64,000 bases of DNA from the human T2T-CHM13v2.0 reference genome, Homo sapiens, in the NCBI RefSeq assembly GCF_009914755.1, contig NC_060926.1; one strand, 5' to 3'. The notes beneath the pieces were generated by a model, which had not been told where the DNA came from, did no database searches, and saw nothing but the letters and a program-made list of their open reading frames with translations. The translations under genes and the position numbers were made by a program. The number at the start of each line of letters is the position of its first letter. The first letter of the stretch is position 1. Positions 57,650 through 64,000 of this stretch are shown here, one piece after another.

Positions 57650-58156
57650 TGAGTTTAATTATTGCTATGTAACAAGTCACTTTAAACCTCAATGGCTTAA
57701 TGCAATGGTTTATTATTTCTCCTGATTATGTGGGTTGGCTAGGTGGTTTTTCTCCTGGTCTTATCTGGGTTCACCCTTGCTGCTGTTTAGCTGGCAGATA
57801 GGATGGGGCTTGAGTTCAGCTGGGGCATTGGCCAGTGCATCTAAGATCTACTCTGGATGGCCAGCTTAAGCTTCCTTATAGCTTGGTAGTCTTACAAAAG
57901 CACCCAAACAGGTAGCAACACATTCTAAGGTCATGAAAACAGAAATTACAGGGAATTTCAAAAGCTTAGTCTTTGAAACCACACAGTGTCACTTCAGCTG
58001 GATTTTATTGGCCAACACTTATCACAGTACAAACTTAGATTCAAGGGAAGGAGAAATAGACTCCACATTTTGGTAAGAGAAATGCCAAAGTTTCATTGTA
58101 AAGGGTGTTCTGGATGAAAGATATTGGTGCAACCACTTGGTGAAACACTCTACAAC
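57650..58156 (-). mobile_element. MLT1 (MaLR) LTR
   Basis: TATTGCTATGTAACAA...TGGCTTAA, AGATTCAAGGGAAGGAGAAATAGACTCCAC. Confidence 0.75.
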
Positions 58157-58299
58157 AATGTGGATTGGTGGTTGTGGACATTGTGTTGACATACAGACAC
58201 AAAGTTTTTAATGCATTTTCACTTTTCCAGAATCTGAATTATGGTCAAGATTTAAAACAGAATACCAAGGCTTATTTCTTGGATACAAAGTTTTCACCT

Positions 58300-58760
58300 G
58301 CTTTGTAGGAAAGAGAACAATTCCAGGCAGTGGGAGAAGAATAAAGAAATGTGTATTCAAGACACAATAAATAGAGAGATTTGGCTGGAAGAGGGGGTTC
58401 ATGTAGTACAGTAGGAGGAGATGTTAAATAGGTCATTGGCAGATTTTGGAGGCGATAAATCAGAGAAATGTGAAAGCTATTGAACTTGAGTATGATATGA
58501 TCTACGTAGAATGAAGGCTATATCAGAGAGAAGGCAAACTGCAGACAAAATGATAGGAAGCTCGCCGTTCAATTGCTTGTCTACTGAAAGTTGAGCTTGA
58601 ATAATGGAAAAACACAAGGGATTAAGATTTTTCAGCCCTGGCTAATGTGACAGTGGGAGGAGACAAATGTGTCTAAAGATCTGAATCCAAGAGTTAAGAG
58701 ACAATAGAGATATAATTGATAAAATAAAGCAATGAAGAAGAGCCAATTTTATGCAAGGAA
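58300..58760 (-). mobile_element. L2 fragment
   Basis: Purine-rich diverged L2-like sequence; approximate. Confidence 0.45.
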
Positions 58761-58769
58761 GATAACTTT

Positions 58770-60005
58770 CTTTCCCTCAACTTTTATTTTAGAGATGGGG
58801 GTACATGTGTAGGTTTGTTACATGGGTATATTACACTCAGGTAGTGAGCAGAGTACCCAATGGGTAGTTTTTTGAACCATTCTCCTCTTCCTCCCTCCCC
58901 ACTCTAGTAGTTTGTACTGTATATTGTTCTCATGTGTATGGTCTTGAGTTCTCAATGTTTAGCTCCTACTTGTAACTGAGAACATGTGGTATTTTTTTTC
59001 TGTTCCTGTATTAATTTGCTTAGGATAGCGGCCTCCAGCTGCATCCACATTGCTCCAAAGGACATGATTTCATTCTTTTTTTACGGCTATGTAGTATCCC
59101 ATGGTGTATATGTATCACATTTTTCCTATTCAATGCACCATTAATGGGCACATAGGTCAATTCCATGTCTTTGCTATTGTGAATAGTGCAGTGATGAACA
59201 TACAAGTGCATGCGTCTTTTTGGTAGAATGATTTTTCTTTCTTTTGGATATATATCCAATAATGGGATTGCTGGGTTGAATGATAATCTATCTGTTTTAA
59301 GTTCTTTGAGAAATCTCCAAACTGCTTTCCACAGTTACTGAACTAATTCACATTCCCATAAGTAGTGTAGAAGCATTCCCCTTTTTCCACAGCCTCGCTA
59401 GCATCTGTTGTTTTTTTACTTTTTAATGATAGCCATTCTGACTGGTGTGAGATGGTATCTCACTGTGATTTTGATTTGCATTTCCCCAATGATTACTGAT
59501 GTGGAGCATTTTAAAAATATGTTTGTTGGCCACTTGTATGTCTTTTTTTGAGAAGTGTCTGTTCGTGTACTTTGCCCACGTTTTTTTTTTTGTTTGTTTT
59601 TTGTTTTTTGTTTTTGTTTTTTTTTGAGATGGTGTCTCACTCTGCCACCCAGGCTGGAGTGCAGTGGTGCGATATTGGCTCACTGCAACCTCTGACTCCT
59701 GGGTTCAAGTGATTCTCCTGCCTCAGCCTTCTGAGTAGCTGGAATTACAGGTGCCTGCCACCACACCTGGCTAATTTTTTGTATTTTTTAGTAGAGACAG
59801 GGTTTCACCATGTTGGCAGACTGGTCTTGAACTCCTGACTTGAAGTGATCCACCCATCTCAGCCTACCATAGTGCTGGGAGTACAGGTGGGAGGCAACAT
59901 GCCCAGCTCCTTTGCCCATTTTTAAATGGAATTATTTGTTGTTTGCTTGTTGGCTTGTTTAAGTTACTTATAGATTCTGGATATTAGACCTGTACCAGTT
60001 GGATA
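58770..60005 (-). mobile_element. Older L1PA (L1PA13-16-like) 3' portion with nested Alu
   Basis: GGGGGTACATGTGTAGGTTTGTTACATGGGTAT 3' end; minus ORFs resemble the ORF2 C-terminus ([22 protein letters not shown]). Confidence 0.85.
59581..59908 (-). mobile_element. AluS SINE
   Basis: T/(TTTG) tail, reverse Alu body, TSD CTTTGCCCA. Confidence 0.92.
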
Positions 60006-60227
60006 GTTAACTTTGGTTTTTGATTTTGAATTTGGACCTTTTAAGAAAAAAGGGAGGAAGTTCCAAGATGGCTGAATAGAAACAGCTCCAGTCTACAGCT
60101 CCCAGCATGAGGGATGCAGAAGACGGGTGATTTCTGCATTTCCAACTGAGGTACCGGGTTCATCTCACTGGGGCTTGTCAGACAGTGGGTGCAGCCCATG
60201 GAGCACGAGCTGAAGCAGGGTGGGGCA

Positions 60228-60491
60228 TCACCTCACCCGAGAAGTGGAAGGAGTTGGGGAATTCCCTTTCCTAGCCAAGGGAAGATGTGACAGACGGTAC
60301 GTGGAAAATCGGGACACTCCCACCCTAATACTGTGCATTTCCAACAGTCTTAGCAAAGGGCACACCAGGAGATTATATCCCATGCCTGGATCGGAGGGTC
60401 CCATGCCCATGGAGCATTGCTCACTGCTAGCACAGCAGTCTGAGATCAAACTGCAAGGTGGCAGCAAGGCTGGGGGAGAGGCGTCCACCAT
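60228..60491 (-). CDS. L1 antisense ORF0 homolog (87 aa, open)
   Basis: MVDASPPALLPPCSLISDCCAS...GPSDPGMGY...IRVGVSRFS matches recalled L1 ORF0p (MAGAPPPASLPPCSLISDCCAS...); expression not shown. Confidence 0.7.
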   Translation of the reverse strand: MVDASPPALLPPCSLISDCCASSEQCSMGMGPSDPGMGYNLLVCPLLRLLEMHSIRVGVSRFSTYRLSHLPLARKGNSPTPSTSRVR

Positions 60492-61064
60492 TGCTGAGGC
60501 TTGAGTAGGTAAACAAAGCGGCTGGGAAGTTGGAACTGGGTGGAGCCCACTGCAGCTTAAGGAGGCCTGCCTGCCTCTGTAGACTCCTCCTGTGGGGGCA
60601 GGGCATAGCTAAAAAAAGGCAGCAGAAACTTGCGCAGACTTAAACATCCCTGTCTGACAGTTGTGAAGAGAGTAGTGGTTATCTTAGCATGGAGCTTGCG
60701 ATCTGAGAACAGACAGACTGCCTCCTCAAGTGGGTCCCTGACCCCCGAGTAGCCTAACTGGGAGACACCTCTCAGTAGGGGCGACTGACACCTCATGCAG
60801 CTGGATGCCCCTCTGAGATGAAGCTTCCAGAGAGAGGATCAGGCAGCAACATTTGCCGTTCTGCAACATTTGCTGTTCTGTAGCCTCTGCTGGTGATACG
60901 CAGGCAAACAGGGTCTGGAGTGGATCTCCAGCAAACTCCAACAGACCCGCAGCTGAGGGTCCTGACAGTTAGAAGGAAAAGTAAAAAACAGAAAGGACAT
61001 CCACACCAAAACCCCATTTGTACATCACCATCATCAAAGACCAAAGGTAGATAAAACCACAAAG

Positions 61065-62088
61065 ATGGGGAAAAACCAGAGCAGAAAAGCTGAAAATTCT
61101 AAAAATCAGAGCACCTCTTCTCCTCCAAAGGAATGCAGCTCCTCGCCAGCAACGGAACGAAGCTGGATGGAGAATGACTTTGACAATTTCACAGAAGAAG
61201 GCTTCAGACAATCGGTAATAACAAACTTCTCCAAGCTAAAAGAGGATGTTCGAACCCATCGTAAAGAAGCAAAAAACCTTGAAAAAAGATTAGACGAATG
61301 GCTAACTAGAATAAACACCATAGAAAAGACCTTAGATGACCTGATGGAGCTGAAAACCATGGCACAAGAACTACATGATGCATGCACAAGCTTCAATAGC
61401 CGATTTGGTCAAGTGGAAGAAAGGGTATCAGTGATTGAAGATCAAATGAATGAAATGAATTGAGAAGAGAAGTTTAGAGAAAAAAGAGTAAAAAGAAACA
61501 AACAAAACCTCCAACAAATATGGGACTATGTAAAAAGACCCAATCTACATCTGATTGGTGTACCTGAAAGTGACGGGGAGAATGGAACCAAGTTGGAAAA
61601 CACTTTTCAGGATATTATCCAGCAGAACTTCCCCAACCAAGCAAGGCAGGCCAACATTCACATTCAGAAAATACAGAGAATGCCACAAAGATACACCTTG
61701 AGAAGAGCAACTCCGAGACACATAATTGTCAAATTCACCAAAGTTGAAATGAAGGAAAAAATGTTAAGGGCAGCCAGAGAAAGGTCAGGTTACCCACAAA
61801 GGGAAGCCCATCAGACTAACAGCGGATGTCTCGGCAGAAACTCTACAAGCCAGAAGAGAGTGGGGGCCAATATTCAACATTCTTAAAGAAAAGAATTTTC
61901 AACCCAGAATTTCACATCCAGCCAAACTAAGCTTCATAAGTGAAGGGGAAATAAAATCCTTTACAGACAAACAAATGCTGAGAGATTTTGTCACCACCAG
62001 GCATGCCTTACAAGAGCTCCTGAAGGAAGCACTGAACATGGAAAGGAACAACCAGTATCAGCCACTGCAAAAACATGGCAAATTGTAA
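61065..62088 (+). pseudogene. L1 ORF1p, disrupted
   Basis: MGKNQSRKAENSKNQS...LEKRLDEWLTRI; premature TGA at 61461-61463 and a later frameshift; native stop TAA at 62086-62088. Confidence 0.93.
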
Positions 62089-62153
62089 AGACCTTCAATG
62101 CTAGGAAGAAACTGCATCAATTAATGAGCAAAAAATAACTAGCTAACATCATA

Positions 62154-64000
<1,847 letters not shown>

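Overview
Human (primate) genomic DNA, AT-rich and repeat-dense. The first ~25 kb holds the 3' end of a + strand protein-coding gene that I recognise from its C-terminal peptide ([29 protein letters not shown]) as CCDC85A (from memory, chr2p16.1). It has three internal phase-0 exons (11332-11466, 14804-14923, 18738-18836) and a terminal exon from 23254 with a ~1.8 kb 3' UTR. The remaining ~39 kb is intergenic and mostly transposable elements: Alu, L1PA/L1PB/L1M, L2, MIR, MaLR/ERV LTRs, MER5/MER20/MADE2/Tigger3. It ends in the 5' 4 kb of a full-length but disabled L1PA element that retains an antisense ORF0. Almost all ORFs in the supplied track are spurious or repeat-derived. I found no new gene system. 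The most unusual signals are structural: (1) a complex, locally templated rearrangement scar at 28.1-28.8 kb (inverted duplication, copied LTR segment, snap-back and a 33-bp insert copied from 2.7 kb away); (2) a 378-bp near-perfect palindrome with a triplicated tip fused to the 5' junction of a short L1 at 44.3-44.8 kb; (3) an Alu monomer with an apparent 3' transduction at 19.4 kb; (4) several candidate alternative splicing events in CCDC85A. Repeat subfamily names come from recalled consensus sequences, not from a RepeatMasker run, and the boundaries of old repeats are approximate.
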